The position numbers and the translations under genes were made by a program. The notes under the pieces are model-generated. The model ran no database searches, was not told the DNA's origin, and saw nothing but the letters and a program-made list of their open reading frames with translations. From Microthyrium microscopicum (lineage: Eukaryota), in contig MU004245.1 in the NCBI GenBank assembly GCA_010405405.1, positions 251,256 to 315,255 on the forward strand: a stretch of DNA of 64,000 bases, read 5' to 3'. Positions 37,803 through 51,219 of this stretch are shown in pieces. Position 1 is the stretch's first letter. The number at the start of each line of letters is the position of its first letter.

Positions 37803-40800
37803 CTACTTTCCAAGGTCCTTGAATTCTTCCTCGGTGCTTTTGAGAAGCACACTGTGCTCTGATCGAACAGAGGACCACCAATCCGCCCATGCAGTACTGC
37901 CAACGCCTTCAGGATAGCGCTTCTGAACATCTAGACCGAAGCGAATTACTCCTCGTAGACCCTCTTCAATGCGCTCAATTTCCTGTTTGACGGCCTGCTC
38001 GCGGGGTTTGGTCTTCATGACCACCTTGAAAGGATCGATAAAAGATGGCACAAGAGGGGCCATGGTAGTAGGGAAGTTCTCGATAGCCTTATGGAGGGAC
38101 AAGAGTGAGAGAAGGCGGATCTCATTATCATCCGCAACTCCTCGAATGAGTGGTTCGATCAGTTGATTGAGTTTAGAGGTAGGGAGTACAGGGCTCGAGA
38201 AGAGAGTGTACAGACACTCGTAAGAGGCCTAACAAAAGTTAGCAATCAATTATCCTTAGGTCCATGCGGTAGCAGAAATTTTACCTTTCGAGTTTCGAGA
38301 CCGTCGTCAACCTTATGGGTGAAGGGTCCCATTTTCACCTCTCTAATCAGCTCTGGTCGAATCTTCGCCTCAGCGACAACGGCTGGTACAATCTCATTAA
38401 GCATTGGTACCAAGACGTCATCGATACGAGTATGAGCAGCAGCATTCACAATAGTAAGACTAACGCGGCGGTTTTCCAGCTCAGTTTCCCGGTGGAGGAC
38501 TTGCAAAACGCCGTGGAGCAAAGGAACCAACGCACTAGATACCGCTTTGGTATGGGCAGCTGATGAATCTGATGTGACAGTCACTCGTAAAGCAGACAGG
38601 ACGAGGTTGCGTAGCGATGCAGTAGAGTTCGGTGCAACGAGGAGCTGCTGTAGTTGTGGGAAAAATTCCTGAGGGCTAAGGATGGCAAGACGACCAATGG
38701 ACTCAGATCCGACAGCTTTGCCTTCCTCGGTCTGAGACACTGACATGACCTGGTTCCACAGCTCTTGGACATACGGTGCAAGGTCGCTTTGGCTATCTGC
38801 ATTAACGATTTCGCGGATGGACAGAAGCAGCAACTGCTTGGTTTTGGTGTCCGCATTACCGATGCTGGCAAGAATTACGGGAACGTAAACAGGTATGTTG
38901 CCGGCGCCCGCTCGTCCCAATGCTGTAGCGGCTGCTTGTGCAACAGGTTCTCGAGTAGTTTGGAAGTGTTGAACAAAGAATTGAGGGTCGAGTTGCGATC
39001 GCTCTCCTAGAAGACATGCAGTCTCGCCAAGCACACTAAGAGCCAGACATTGCTTCGTTGCGTCTTGCTGGGTTCTCAACTCGCTGACAAAGCTATCAAT
39101 AGTGACTCCGGTTGAATCACCGCCAGCAACCAGAAGATTGCCGATAGCCTTGCCAACAACTTCGGGGCTGGCTTTGAGGCTTACGTCACGGAGCAGTGCA
39201 GTCATAAGTGGCTTTCCAATGCCTTGCGAGCCGAAGCTACGAACCACAATGATGAGAGCTTTCAGAGTAGTCGAAGGTAATTTGTTGACGAATAGTTGTG
39301 CTATAAGAGGTATGAAGTTGGAAATCCCGGAATTGTGCGGGTCTTTTTCAATGAGTCCCGCAAGGATCATTAAGGCTGGACCCATCAGATGGAAATCAGT
39401 GCTTTTTATCAGTGGTTCCAACTCGGGTAGATATTTCGATATTGACGAGGAGGAGAATTGAGAGCTGCTCCCAGGATTGCTCGTGAGAGTTTTCATAGCT
39501 GAAATACTAGCTCCACGTAGTGACCGACTGGACTTTCGGAACTGTTCTACTAAAGCTTGTGCAACCGTAGGTGCCCAATTATTGGGATAATCCGAGGGGT
39601 TTTTGGCGAGCGAAGCAACAGAATCAATTGCTCGTGCAGCGGCAAGGCGGGTGGTTTCGTTTAACAGCCTATTGAGCAAAAGGGCCATTCCGTGGGTGCG
39701 ATCTTGGGAGGAGAGTAGACCAGGTGAAAGGGATGACTGTCCCAATAGCATGCCAATAGCATGAATTGCGAGACGTCGAACTTCCAAGTCGGCATCGTTA
39801 GAAGAGGCAATATCAGCGAGAGCAGAGTTCAACGTGCTCAGATGTTGCTGACCACTCACGTTTGATGATCGTGGAGGTGTGAGGGCATCTATGAAGTGTT
39901 CTACGCAGACAAGTGCAGCAGCTGATACTTTGGTGATCTTCTCTTTCATAGCAGACATAATGACTGGCAAGGCCTTGGCTATGTACGGCTGGAGCTCCTC
40001 AGAGGCTTGAACTTCTGCAGCCGAACCTAGGAAGATCAAAGCTTCCACTCGATATGCGTTAGTTGCAGCGACCGAGGCTGTCGAGGAGCTAGTTTGCTTG
40101 ATAGCCGACAACACGGTTGGTATGGCATTCTGAAGGTAGTTTGAGAGTTTTCCATGCAGTGCGATCACAAGATCTTTCAGAACAGATGTAGACGACTCTT
40201 TGGTAGCCATTGGACCTGTCTGCATCAGAGCAGATAAGCCTTGAACAATTTGCGGGCTTAGTTTCTCCAAACTGCGAAAGGCACCAGAGGACGGAGGGGA
40301 TATGCTACCATCAGCAAAGCCGGAGGATAGCGAAGTGTTGGTGACACTATCAATCATGCTTGCATCGCTGCCAACTCTACGACGTTTGCGGCTAGGAGGA
40401 GGCGCCATGGATCCCGACGACGCGGACATGCCAGCAATATCTCGTGGGTATGCCACACCACCGGTGATTCGAATGAGTTTTGAGAGTGCTTGGAGTACTT
40501 CCAATCGCACCGTCTCCTCTCGTTCCTTGAAACGACTTATGAGAGCCGGAGCCACAACAGAATAGAGCGTGCCATCCTCAAGCAGATCGCCATCGCTTCG
40601 TGTCGCAACCAGAACATGAGCTACTTTAGCGGCGCATCGACGAACTTTCCAGCTCGTATCATCCTCGTCATCGCCGCCAATGTCTTCTTCAAAGTCGTCA
40701 CCCTCGAGCATATCGTCATCTTCCATCTCGTCTGTATCATCCTCGGCGAAATTTGGATCGTACTTGAGAAATCTCGCAATGATTTCTAAGCATTGTGCTG

Positions 40801-41848
40801 TGACTGGTTTCATTGCATCGGGACAAGCGCCTAGCCAGCTTTCGAGAGCGAGTAAGGCTGCTTCGCGGACTTCATCGGCTTCCGGGTCCCGCTCTTCTGT
40901 CTCTTCCATCAATGCAATATCGTTGTCAATCTCGTCTTGACTCAAGGCACTAAGCGCAAATGGTGCCACTCGGCTTAAGAAGGGAGCAAACTTTTCTGGG
41001 ATAGCACGACACACCGAGCCAATGAGTGAAAAATAAAGCTTTCGATGACTTTTGGTTAAGGATGGTTTTGACAGCGCAGAGATGACTTGTTGCATGAACA
41101 CGCCAAGAAGATTATCTGAGAGGTAAATCGCAAAATGAGACATGGCAGTGACTGCTTTCTTCTTCAAAACCTGGCTCGTCCGACCGCTCTTGATGACTTT
41201 TAGTGATATTTCAGTCAAAGCCGTGACTTCGGCTTCGCGTAGCATGATACCAAAACAATTGGCGACTTCGATCAAAACATCCATGGCATTGCTATCAGTG
41301 CCTTGTTCCATGTCAATAGTGAGCATTGATGGAGGCGGAGGTGGTAAGGCCTGTTGAGCATTTCCGGGGTGAACAACAATGTAGCCTGTAAGTCGAGGAA
41401 TCATTGCCTTACTAATGGCATTGTACGCTTCGATAACAGGCTTGGATCTAGTAACACCCGGACTAGGGCGTGGTAGAGAGACCACAATTTGGCGAAGAGC
41501 CAAAGCTGGTATTGAGCTATCCACGATAGTATCAGTGGACATTGTTGAGATCTTCTCAATCAGCACACAAGTGACTTGCTCGGGTACTTTGTTGACAAAC
41601 GGTCCAACGCATTGTACAGCCATATTTTGTACTTCGCCATTGGTGTCTTGAAGGCACTGGATGAGAGCATCCACTGTTTTGGCTGCTATGCTGTAATCGC
41701 TGCTGAATATGTTTGGAGATGCGGCATTGAGTAATCCGGACAAATCGCTGAGTCCCATATATCGCAGATCTGGGTCTTCTTCTTCCAATTTGGGAAGTAC
41801 GTGGCCCACGCTATAAGCAGTGGGCGGCGCAGGGGCCGAAGCTGCCAT
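37803..41848 (-). CDS. CAND1: Cullin-associated NEDD8-dissociated protein 1 (HEAT repeats); one intron near 38230-38284
   Basis: DPDLRYMGLSDL, DTNGEVQNMAVQC, YDPNF...DDEDDTSWKVRRCAAK, RFKEREETVR and ELIREVKMGPFTHKVDDGLETRK motifs. Confidence 0.97.
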
Positions 41849-42317
41849 TGTTCTGGTGTGCGTATACGATGCGCAGTGTCTCAGGCGGTCTAAATTGCGG
41901 TATTCGAGAGGTGTTTTGAAGGGAGACGACGAAGATGTAATATGGCGAACGCAGGGGAGGAAAGGGACGTAGATTGCAAGATGGTGGTGGTGAAGTTGTA
42001 GTGAGTTAAATAAAGGTATCAAATGCAAGTTCACTTGCTCAGTTAGAACTTAGGCCCCCGCTGCTGCCCGCTAGGCAGTGCAGGGATCACCTCTATCGAA
42101 CCAGCAAGCTCTTCACGGCCCGAGATTGGCTAATCGATCGGATCAATTTAGAGCTTTGAAAATACATCATTGATCATTGCACACATGAGGTTGAGGTCCA
42201 TCTCCCCCAGCCACTCTTTCATATAGTCTTTCTCTATCTTCCACGTTCAATTCGTTTGCTCTGGGTGCTCAATTGCGTTGGTCTACGTCTAATTGATTCT
42301 CCCGAAGCTTTAAAATC

Positions 42318-43002
42318 ATGTTTTCCGTAAGACTTGGAGCTCGTCGCCTGGCTTCTGCTCGTACCGGTCTCAAATCCGTCGTTCCGAGGCTCTCTCAGCA
42401 AAACCTGCGGAGGACGTATGCTAGCTCTTCGGAAGGTGGCAGTTCTGGAGGAAGCGACATACCATGGTACAACCCTATCTCAATGGACCTTTGTTTGGCA
42501 ATTTTATCCTTACTTACTGTTGCATAGGGCCCTTGGTGCAATTGCAATAACCGTTCCCGGCGTTTGGTGGGGACTAAGTTCGAGCAACGAGGTTGAACAT
42601 CACGGTGACGATCACGGCCACGATTCACACGAAGAGAAAGAAGAAGAAGCTCCTGTTGAAGAAAAGCTGAAAGATGATGAAGCCAAGGATGACGAGAAGC
42701 CAGCTAAAGAGAATTCCAAAGATTCCAAAGATGCCAAAGATGCCAAAGACTCCAAGGACTCGGGGGATGACAAGTCGGCCGAGGCTGACAAGGAGGGGGA
42801 AGACAAACCAGAGGAATCATCAAAGGATGATGATGACAAGTCAGACGATGGCGAGGCGAAGAAACCAAGTCCTTCTGAACAGAACCCTACAGGAGCCAAG
42901 CAAAAAACAAAGCCTCTACAGAAGGATTCTACACCAACCAAGACAGCATCCGACTCGGAAAAGGCCAAGATGGCTCCCGAATCCAAAAAGTCATCAGGCT
43001 GA
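42318..43002 (+). CDS. Small putative mitochondrial single-TM protein with His/acidic/Lys-rich tail; intron ~42466-42527
   Basis: Arg/Ser-rich presequence MFSVRLGARRLAS...RRTYAS, then SDIPW|ALGAIAITVPGVWWGL TM and a charged low-complexity tail. Confidence 0.7.
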
Positions 43003-43231
43003 GCTCACCAATCATCTATTGACGCCACTGGAGTGGTCGTAGAGCTGGCGGGGAGAAATAGAGACAAAGAAAAGAGCTGATAATTCAATGTACAATTTCA
43101 AGACGTTCCAACCACCTGCATCTTTTTTCTGAAGGCGTCCTCATTTGAGGTACTATTTTAACCTATAATTGCGTGTACATGGAATTAGAAGCCAACGGGC
43201 TGGCGAAGTAAGCGGCATCTTGATACTCTAG

Positions 43232-43410
43232 TTCCATCAGCCTTGCGGGCCCCGACCAACACTACTAAAGACAATATACCATATTTCGAATCGTAATCGA
43301 TAGGTAGAACATTGACATTTTACTACCGTCTTGGGGCATTAAAGCACTCGATAACAGTACAGAGTATACAAGAGAGCGACATTGATGGAAGCACCCCAGC
43401 TATTTCATCC
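43232..43410. mobile_element. Degenerate MITE-like element, copy C
   Basis: TAAAGCACTCGATAACAG (43340-43357) is identical to 11201-11218; flanking TTCCATCA...TGATGGAA inverted arms; CCAGCTATTT end like copy A. Confidence 0.55.
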
Positions 43411-44268
43411 ATCGGTGGGAAGTTTATGAAGCAACCAGCCATTGCTCTGCTCTTATATATTTTCACAACTTCGGTTGATTGCTCTTTACAGGTAGGTGGC
43501 GTTGCAGTGTTCGAGATTCGCGCTCTTTCCCACTTCACTTCCTACCTCGTGTGGTTCAGCTGTGTTGCCTCATCCTGCGAACCGGGTGTTTAACTGTTCT
43601 ACCACTCTTCCGCTCTAACACTTCAACCACAATACCCAAACATCGCTTTGCTCAATCATTCACTTCCCTCTACCTACTATTATTGCAGGATCTCCGCAAA
43701 GAACAAACTATCGCTACATCCAGCCATTTGAACGCAGCTCTTATATTAGCAATACCATCAACATGGCCCAGGACAAGAAGAGAAAGTTAGAGAGCGACAG
43801 CTCCAGGCATCGGTCAAAAGCCCAGAAAATGTCGCATCAGCGCTTCGACTCCAGCGGTAAGTGAAGACTCTGGCCTTCTTGCAATGAAGTCGTCACAGTT
43901 CTTGCGCATCCAGGTGTAGGGGCCTTCTTGCAGATGCTCCAAAATGAGTAAGACGAACCCAAGAGATCAACTTTGCGGCCAGTTCACTGCTCCACCTCTA
44001 GGCAGTCCAGTTTCTCGAGCATGGGCGATGCATAATTCCGCAATATAATCGTGCACGGGCCTTCAAGGTGGCAGCTTAGAGGGGCGGCCTCATTTCCTCG
44101 ACCTTGGTCCTGGACTCTTGGGTTCCATCCTCAGTGCTTCACTTTCCTTGATATTCCACTCAACTTCATGTACTGATATACCGCCCGGGCCTATCGCTGG
44201 CTGCTTCGTCTTTTCCTCTCACACTTGCTTGCACTATCTCACAGGCATCCTGCGCACCGCTAATCATC

Positions 44269-45616
44269 ATGCCTCCAGCCTACACGACCTCTCAGAAAAA
44301 CACTATCGCGCAGTTCACTTCTGTAACTGGAGCAGAACGTGCACAAGCTGCAAAAGTAGGTTACCTCTTATGCCGTTCTTCTCCATGGTAGTGAGATATG
44401 GCCCCATAACTAATGCTTCATAGCTTCTCAAAGCCGCCAACTGGAATCTCCAAGTAGCAACCAATAAGTAAGTTCTTGTTCAGGCCTCTATTTTCACATG
44501 GTTGGAAGTACGACCTGGTGAAACTTGACGAATCTTTCACTGCCAACGAATTCACGCCCAGGCAGAGAATATCTACGGCCTTTCACTACTCCAGATCCAT
44601 ATTTCGCTATTCATATTCGATATCTGAATCTGCAGATCTCGCTAATACCCACGGATCACTTTGGAACTACCAACCGTTAGCCTCCACCGAGCAGACTACA
44701 AGCTCGAAACTGGACTGTTATTATGTTGGAATACTTCATACTCCTTGGCACCAGGATGTTTCCGACGTAGATCATGGACCTCACCATTTCTATTCAAAAG
44801 ATGAGTACTAACCATGTGCTATTCAACAGTTACTATGGTGCAGCACAAACCGCCCCGGCCCAGGCAGCTCTGGAAGCTCTCTTCGAAAAGTATCGAGGTA
44901 AGATTATCATCGGCGCATATCTCTGTAATACAACCCGACTAAATAATCTGAAGCATACGGAAGCGACCGCACCAACATGGACGTGACTGCGACACAGCGT
45001 TACTTCACCGACATTGGTGTCAATTTTGAAGATGCATCCTCGTTCGTCGCATCCCAAATAGTTCAAAGCCCTTCTCTAGGTGAAGTAACCAAAGAGGGAT
45101 TTGTCAAAGGCTGGAGCGCCCTTAGGTACGGAAATAGATGGCAGCTTAGTGCCTGGCTGACTGGAATCTAGCTGCGACACCATCACCAAGCAAAAGAACG
45201 CAATAGCAAGCTACAAAGCAAACTTGGGGGCTGATACTAACAAGAAGGTGTTGGAAAACGTGTACAAGCACGCTTTCACGTTGCTAATGCAAAGCCCGCA
45301 GCAACGCTCCGCGGACAAAGAAGCGTGTATCGAAATATGGAAGATTCTTTTGTCTGCGCCATCGCTTGATTGGCGTGCACCCAATGCCCCGTGGCTCAAA
45401 CTCTGGATTGACTTTATCCAAAAGCGACAATCCGTGAAGGTCATAACCCGTGATCAGTGGAATCATGTTCTCAAATTCGCTACAGAATCCATGGCAGATC
45501 CAACATTGGGATTTCATAGCGAAGAGCAGAGTTGGCCTTCTATCATCGACGAGTTTGCAGCGGAGATGAAAGAGTATTTGAGCAAATCTCAAGCCAGCGA
45601 AGAGATGGAATTTTAG
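44269..45616 (+). CDS. DCN1: DCN1-like cullin neddylation E3 (UBA-like + PONY domain); four introns
   Basis: MPPAYTTSQKNTIAQFTSVTG...LLKAANWNLQVA UBA-like region; LEALFEKYR; GEVTKEGFVKGW; VYKHAF; ITRDQWNHVLKF; SWPSIIDEF. Confidence 0.93.
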
Positions 45617-46515
45617 GAATGTTCATATCCTACACCCTGTGATACGAATCATTGACGAAAGATTTATTGCATTTGCCGGAGTTAGGGTCAGATGAGGATG
45701 TTCCGATCGAGCAAATAGTCTGTAGTGTACGGGCTTTGGCTAAATTCATGTCGTATCTTGTTCATTCGTGGTTTCTTGTTGTCACGCTCGAGTCAAGAAT
45801 GAGGATTTTTGGCCTCGAAGAGCGGAGAGATTCCGTCGCTCAGGTCTAGAACACTTTAGAATCCTGGTGAGTATTAACTATCCATTGTATTCAACAACTA
45901 ACAGCAGGCAGTGCAATGAGCAGTCCAATATCTTTCGATGTCTTCTGCGTAATACCCGTCGTAACCTCCGCTTCTTTGTGAAATTCGTGACTCTCATCCC
46001 ACAATATTCCTGAACAGATATCGAGGTCATGATTTTGGGTTCTCTCCTCAACCGCGAAGTTGAGATCTGCGACCACAAAGGTCAATTTATTGCCGTGCGG
46101 GCCGCACTGGGCAACTGGAGACCCAGTCTACTGAACTTCCAAATGAGGAGCGTGGTGTCAATTTTGATAGGTGCGTTACTTGTCAGGGCAATATACTACA
46201 AACTCGAATTCACTATGTTAGCACCAGGGTCCGGATCCTACAGCTTGTACCGGACCGCTAGCTGGATATACTTTTGATACAGCGAGCAAAGTATCGTGGA
46301 GGGGAAAATCCTTCCACGCGAATCTATCTTGGCTCCCATGTTTTGGTCTTGATTACTGCTGCACCAGATGAGCTCGTAGCTCTTTGACACTCGTTTCATG
46401 CCATATACGCTCACTACTTTTTGACACAGACTATTTGATTTCTTGTTCAATACGGTTTCTTACACTAGCTGGTGGCTATTCAGTCCCGCTGACGAACGCC
46501 CTGAATGAGTTGGCC

Positions 46516-49301
46516 ATGGGGTGGCTAGATAGGCCAAAACGGGTCTGGAAACGCGGCCTCTTGAAACCACAGGCTGCTCCAGTAATAGTTCCGTTCGTTG
46601 CTATCTCTCGTTACACAAGAAATCCCGGCTGATGATAACTTTTAGGATATCCCAAGACTGGGATGGGGTAGACGGACCATGGTAGGTATAGGATTGTGGT
46701 GACGCAAGTGCAAAGTATGCTAACGTAACTCGATAGGTCCTCATTTGCCATCCAAGTTGGTGCGAACTCATCGCAAACCGTTCGCCTCCTTCCAGGCACC
46801 TCGCTCGCCGAAACATTCGTCATAGGACCATCAGGATGTCCTGCGGACTGGGGAAACATGACCTTTTCTCGTGGGAAGAAGTGCTCTGATTCACGCGGAA
46901 TGACATTCAAGACAATAGCTCAGCTAGGGACCATCTTCAAGGAACGTCATGGGTTCAGGACGAATGTCAGTGAATTTAGGGTTATGAAAGACTATGGCCT
47001 TGAGCCTATCGAGAGCATCTTGTGGATGGATGATGTTGGATTTGGATACAAGTCTGCGCAGGCATGGAACACACCAGTTGGATTGTTGAATGATGCTATG
47101 TTCACTTGGACTGGACAATTGGCGCTCGATCCTCGACCCACTAATTACACGTTCGTTAATGGCTTCAAAACTATGGAAAACTCAACAGAAAACATATCGG
47201 GAACGTCACAGGAAGCCAGTTTATTGCAGCAGATGAAGCAGACGGGCAGCATTGAAAGTTTGTCTTGGGGATATCATGCAGGATCATACTCCCGTATTTC
47301 TTTCTCCAACACACAGTTTTGGTAAATCGCTAATCGATTATAGACGATCCAGGAGGATCAATAGGATATGGTAGCCTTGTTTTGGGTGGCTACGATGCTA
47401 TGAGATTCAACCCAAGCAATGTAGAGTTTCCATTTCATCCAGATACCGAGCGTAAAATATCGGCAAAAGTACTCGATATCAGGCTATGGACGGGGGCTTC
47501 GATAAGTAAGACAGCATCGATTCTTAACTCTACAGGCAGCGGCCTTAATCAAGGCTCCTATACTACACATATCGACTCCAGTCGACCATATCTCTATTTG
47601 CCACCAGACGTTTGCGATCGGATATCGAGTCTTCTACAGCTAAGATGGGACTCTCAGAATCAGCAATACCTTATTGCGCCAGAGATCGACAAGCTCTTAA
47701 AATCACAGAATTGGACTCTGGCAATTGACCTCGCGCCACTCTCTTCGTCAGTTGAAAGAACGGTCACGGTCTCCCTGCCATATTCCTCTCTCGCCCTCAA
47801 TCTCGGATTTCCATACTTGAACGAATCGAGTATCTATTTCCCCATGAAGCCGGCAAGCAACCTTGATCAATACGTGTTGGGTCGAGCTTTTCTGCAAGAA
47901 GCATATCTCGTTGCAAATTACGAGCGAGACTCATTTTCCATCAATCCAATTTCCTGGGACAAGATGAAAGCTGGTGGACAGATCATCAAGCCAATATCTG
48001 CCAGCGCAAGCGTCTATCCAACGTATCTGATCAGCGACCGCAAGGCTACTCTCAGCACCACACAGGCCGTTGGTATTGGCGTCGGCATTGGCGCAATTCT
48101 CAGCATCTTTATATTGTTCTTCCTCTTCTGGAGACGGATAAAGAAGCGCGACGCTGAAGCTCGCGCAGATCAAGAACGGCAAAAAGACGACTCTGAACTC
48201 ATCGAAACAACAACCGTCGGTACTGAGTTGGGAAGCACCGAAATGAGCAATACTCTCCCCAGCACAACCACCGGAACACTCGACAGTCCAACACCTGTGG
48301 AAGCAGACGGCACACCTATCGAGTTCGCCGAACTTGACGACAAGGCCATCGTGGAGTTGCCTGACACCACCGGCATCCTCGCTGGCTACTACAAACCCAC
48401 CGAACTACCAGCCTCACCAGAATCTCCCGTCTTTGAACTCGACGGCACTCCTGCCAGATACGACACCAAAGCCAGCGTACAAACAACTAACAGTACCCAA
48501 TCCACCATCCTCAGCTTAGGCGCCATGGCTACCTCCAAACTCGCTCCACACTCTCGCGGCCTCGACCTCCCACCAGCCAGCGCAATTCCCAAAACACCGA
48601 TGGAATACTACGGCCGACGGGCCACAGAACCTACTACCTCTTCCGCAGCCAGAGTTCCATCCGCACCAACAGAACAGCGCGCATTTACATTCGCGGCCGC
48701 GGACATTAAGCGCTCACAAACATTCAATCCCGCTGCACTGTCAAGAAATCTTCCACCAGACAGCGCGATACCAAAAACACCCATGGAGTACTACTACGGC
48801 GCAGGTCTGCCCGAGCATATCCCTCCGCCAGCTAGTGCGATACCACAGACTCCAGTCGAATACTATGGCGGCAATCCGCCAGAGCGTCGGCGGCCAGCGA
48901 TGCCTATGACAGCGCAAACGGCACCTGAAGTTCCAACGTTCAACCACCCGAGTCCAGCACACCATCGAGGCACGAGTAGCGATAGTTTACAGGTTCCGGA
49001 AATAGACGAAGGATTTCTAGGCAGCGATATTAGGCCACTGAAGGCATCGCAAGCACCTGCGAGTCCGATACCACAAACACCGCTGGAGTTCTATGGGCGG
49101 GTGACGCGCAGGGGGGGAGCAGCTGAGCAGCGGCCGTGGGTAGGACGAGCGCCAAATGTGCCAGAGATCCAGTTCACCCCCGCGACACCGAAATCACCTG
49201 AGGTGCCGCCGTTACCGCCGAAGAATCCAAGGAGGGCAAGTAGTGAAGGTAGGGCAAGCAGCGAAGGGGGTGATTCGGCGAATAGAGCACATTGGGGATG
49301 A
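46516..49301 (+). CDS. A1 aspartic-peptidase-like type I membrane protein with Pro-rich cytoplasmic repeats (start uncertain; possibly an upstream exon at 46143)
   Basis: Spliced QDWDGVDGPW|SSFAIQVG...VRLLPGT, SLSWGYHAG, GSLVLGGYD, HIDSSRPYLYLP, YVLGRAFLQEAYL, TM VGIGVGIGAILSIFILFFLFW-RRIKKR. Confidence 0.8.
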
Positions 49302-49500
49302 ATGATAATGATAGGAATGGAAGGGGGTTGTACTATATAATGTTAAGCCAAAGATTTTCACTAGCATGGCGAGAGGGAATTGGGATTGGTCAGATCAAAC
49401 ATCATTGATTTCTATCTGGGTGAATGCAGTTTTTGTGTAGCATCAAGGCTGAGTGAACAGCTTGAGCCCATATCAGATGTAGTTCCCCGAGAGAGATAAT

Positions 49501-50087
49501 CTACTCGTCATCCTCCTCGGCCTCGTCGTTCATGACGTTGTAGAAGCGGAGTTCGTAGACACCCTTGGAGGTAGAGACGACGCGGAGCCAGTCACGGAGT
49601 TGCTGCTTCTTGAGATACTTCTTGGTCCTAAAGAAACGTTAGCACACTGACTCCAGCGATTCTCCGCGAATTCAAACATACAAGTACTTGAGGTAGCGAC
49701 CAGAGAACTCCTGGTGAGCAATGACCTCGATGTTTCCGGAACCTTGCTGGCTGATGGCAATGGTATCGCCAAGGTTGCCAGTGCGGCCCTCTACCTTGAT
49801 GCGCTCGTGAAGGAATTTCTCGAAGGCGGAGAGATCGAAGATCTTGTCGTTGACGGGTTGAGAAGCATTGATGATGAACTGAGACATTATATTAGCATCC
49901 TCAATCTCCCAAAAATTGGTGTAAGAAGCTCTTACCTTCTTGGTGATTTTGGCGCCCTTTGGACCTTTCTTGGATGATTTCTGTTACCATGTACTTTAGC
50001 CTACTGTTCTCAAAGGTCAAGCGCTCAGCGCATGAAGCGCACGCTTGACGGACAGCAAAGCGGTGTACATACTGCGACGGGAGCCAT
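49501..50087 (-). CDS. RPL22: 60S ribosomal protein eL22; three introns
   Basis: [57 protein letters not shown]...[40 protein letters not shown]. Confidence 0.97.
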
Positions 50088-51219
50088 TTTGATGATTGAT
50101 GCGGACGCAAAGAAGTGGATATCCTGCGTTTCTGGAGATGGGGTGAATTACTGAAATCGATTGGGATGGAGTCAGTTAACAGTTTGGTGGGTTGAATTTT
50201 GGAGTTGCTCGCGAAATCTTGGCACCGGAGAAAAGTAAAGCCGAAGGCCTAGAGAGATGGCGCTTGTTTCGCTTGTCGCGCTTATCTTTCTATTCCATTC
50301 AACTTCATAACATTGCCTCCTTTTCAAGACATTGCCTCCTTTCAAGATCATGAAAGTTTGAAACTATTTGCGACTACGGCCACCACTTGCAAAAGCCTAG
50401 CTCCGACATGCTATGCTCACAGGGCCTCTGCAGAAAGCCACGGCTTGTACACCTCTTGTTCACTAACCAAACCTTCTCCACGCCTGAGGAAGGAACCCGT
50501 ACCTCGGAGGCAGTTGCGACCATGGAACAACTGTGTAACCAGCGTATAGACGCCGTGTTGGGTATTTTGGGCGATCAAAAACGGCGATAATTGATGTTGA
50601 GGTTGTGGAATATGTGAGTGCTTTGATTCAGTAGATTGTCTCTTTGACATCCAATGGACACTATGTGCTGTCTCCCGCTGGGTCGCTTGCAGAGCAAGTT
50701 TCTGTTCTTGAGGACTTGCATCCAAAAGAGCAGCCCAAGGTAACAGCTTGGTGAGGCAAGCTTTGCTCTCGATCACGGAATTGCTCTAGCTGAACACCAG
50801 TACCATATGCTGAGGTGCCAATGTCAGGTGCATATGGCACTACGCTGCCCAAGAAAAGCGATGAGGCGTAGCGAGAAGGACGGGACCATGAACAGGCACA
50901 GTTAGAAAAGCACTGTTTACATTGGTTGTTGTGAGCAGTTCAAGCGGCTTCAGTGTCAACGCCTGACGATCAGACACCGAACACTTTTCTCAGTGGAGGC
51001 CGCTAGGCTCCGGGATGGAGCTGCGACTTCATTCCATCCCGAGCTGGTTGGATAACTGTTGTCAAACAACCATCTGGACCACTCCATGGTCAAGCAGAGG
51101 GAGATCAACCTAGGTCAAAATGACGAACAATAACAATATATACTCTCGCCTGTTTACTCGCAGCGTTCATCAAGGCAATCATTCAGCAGCAAGCCAATAG
51201 CTATGGCGCCTGAAGTCAT

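Noticed and set aside
41849..42034. 62-aa N-terminal extension of CAND1 in the ORF track
   Set aside because: It starts at a non-ATG codon in a CT-rich leader; the first ATG at 41848 fits the family N-terminus.
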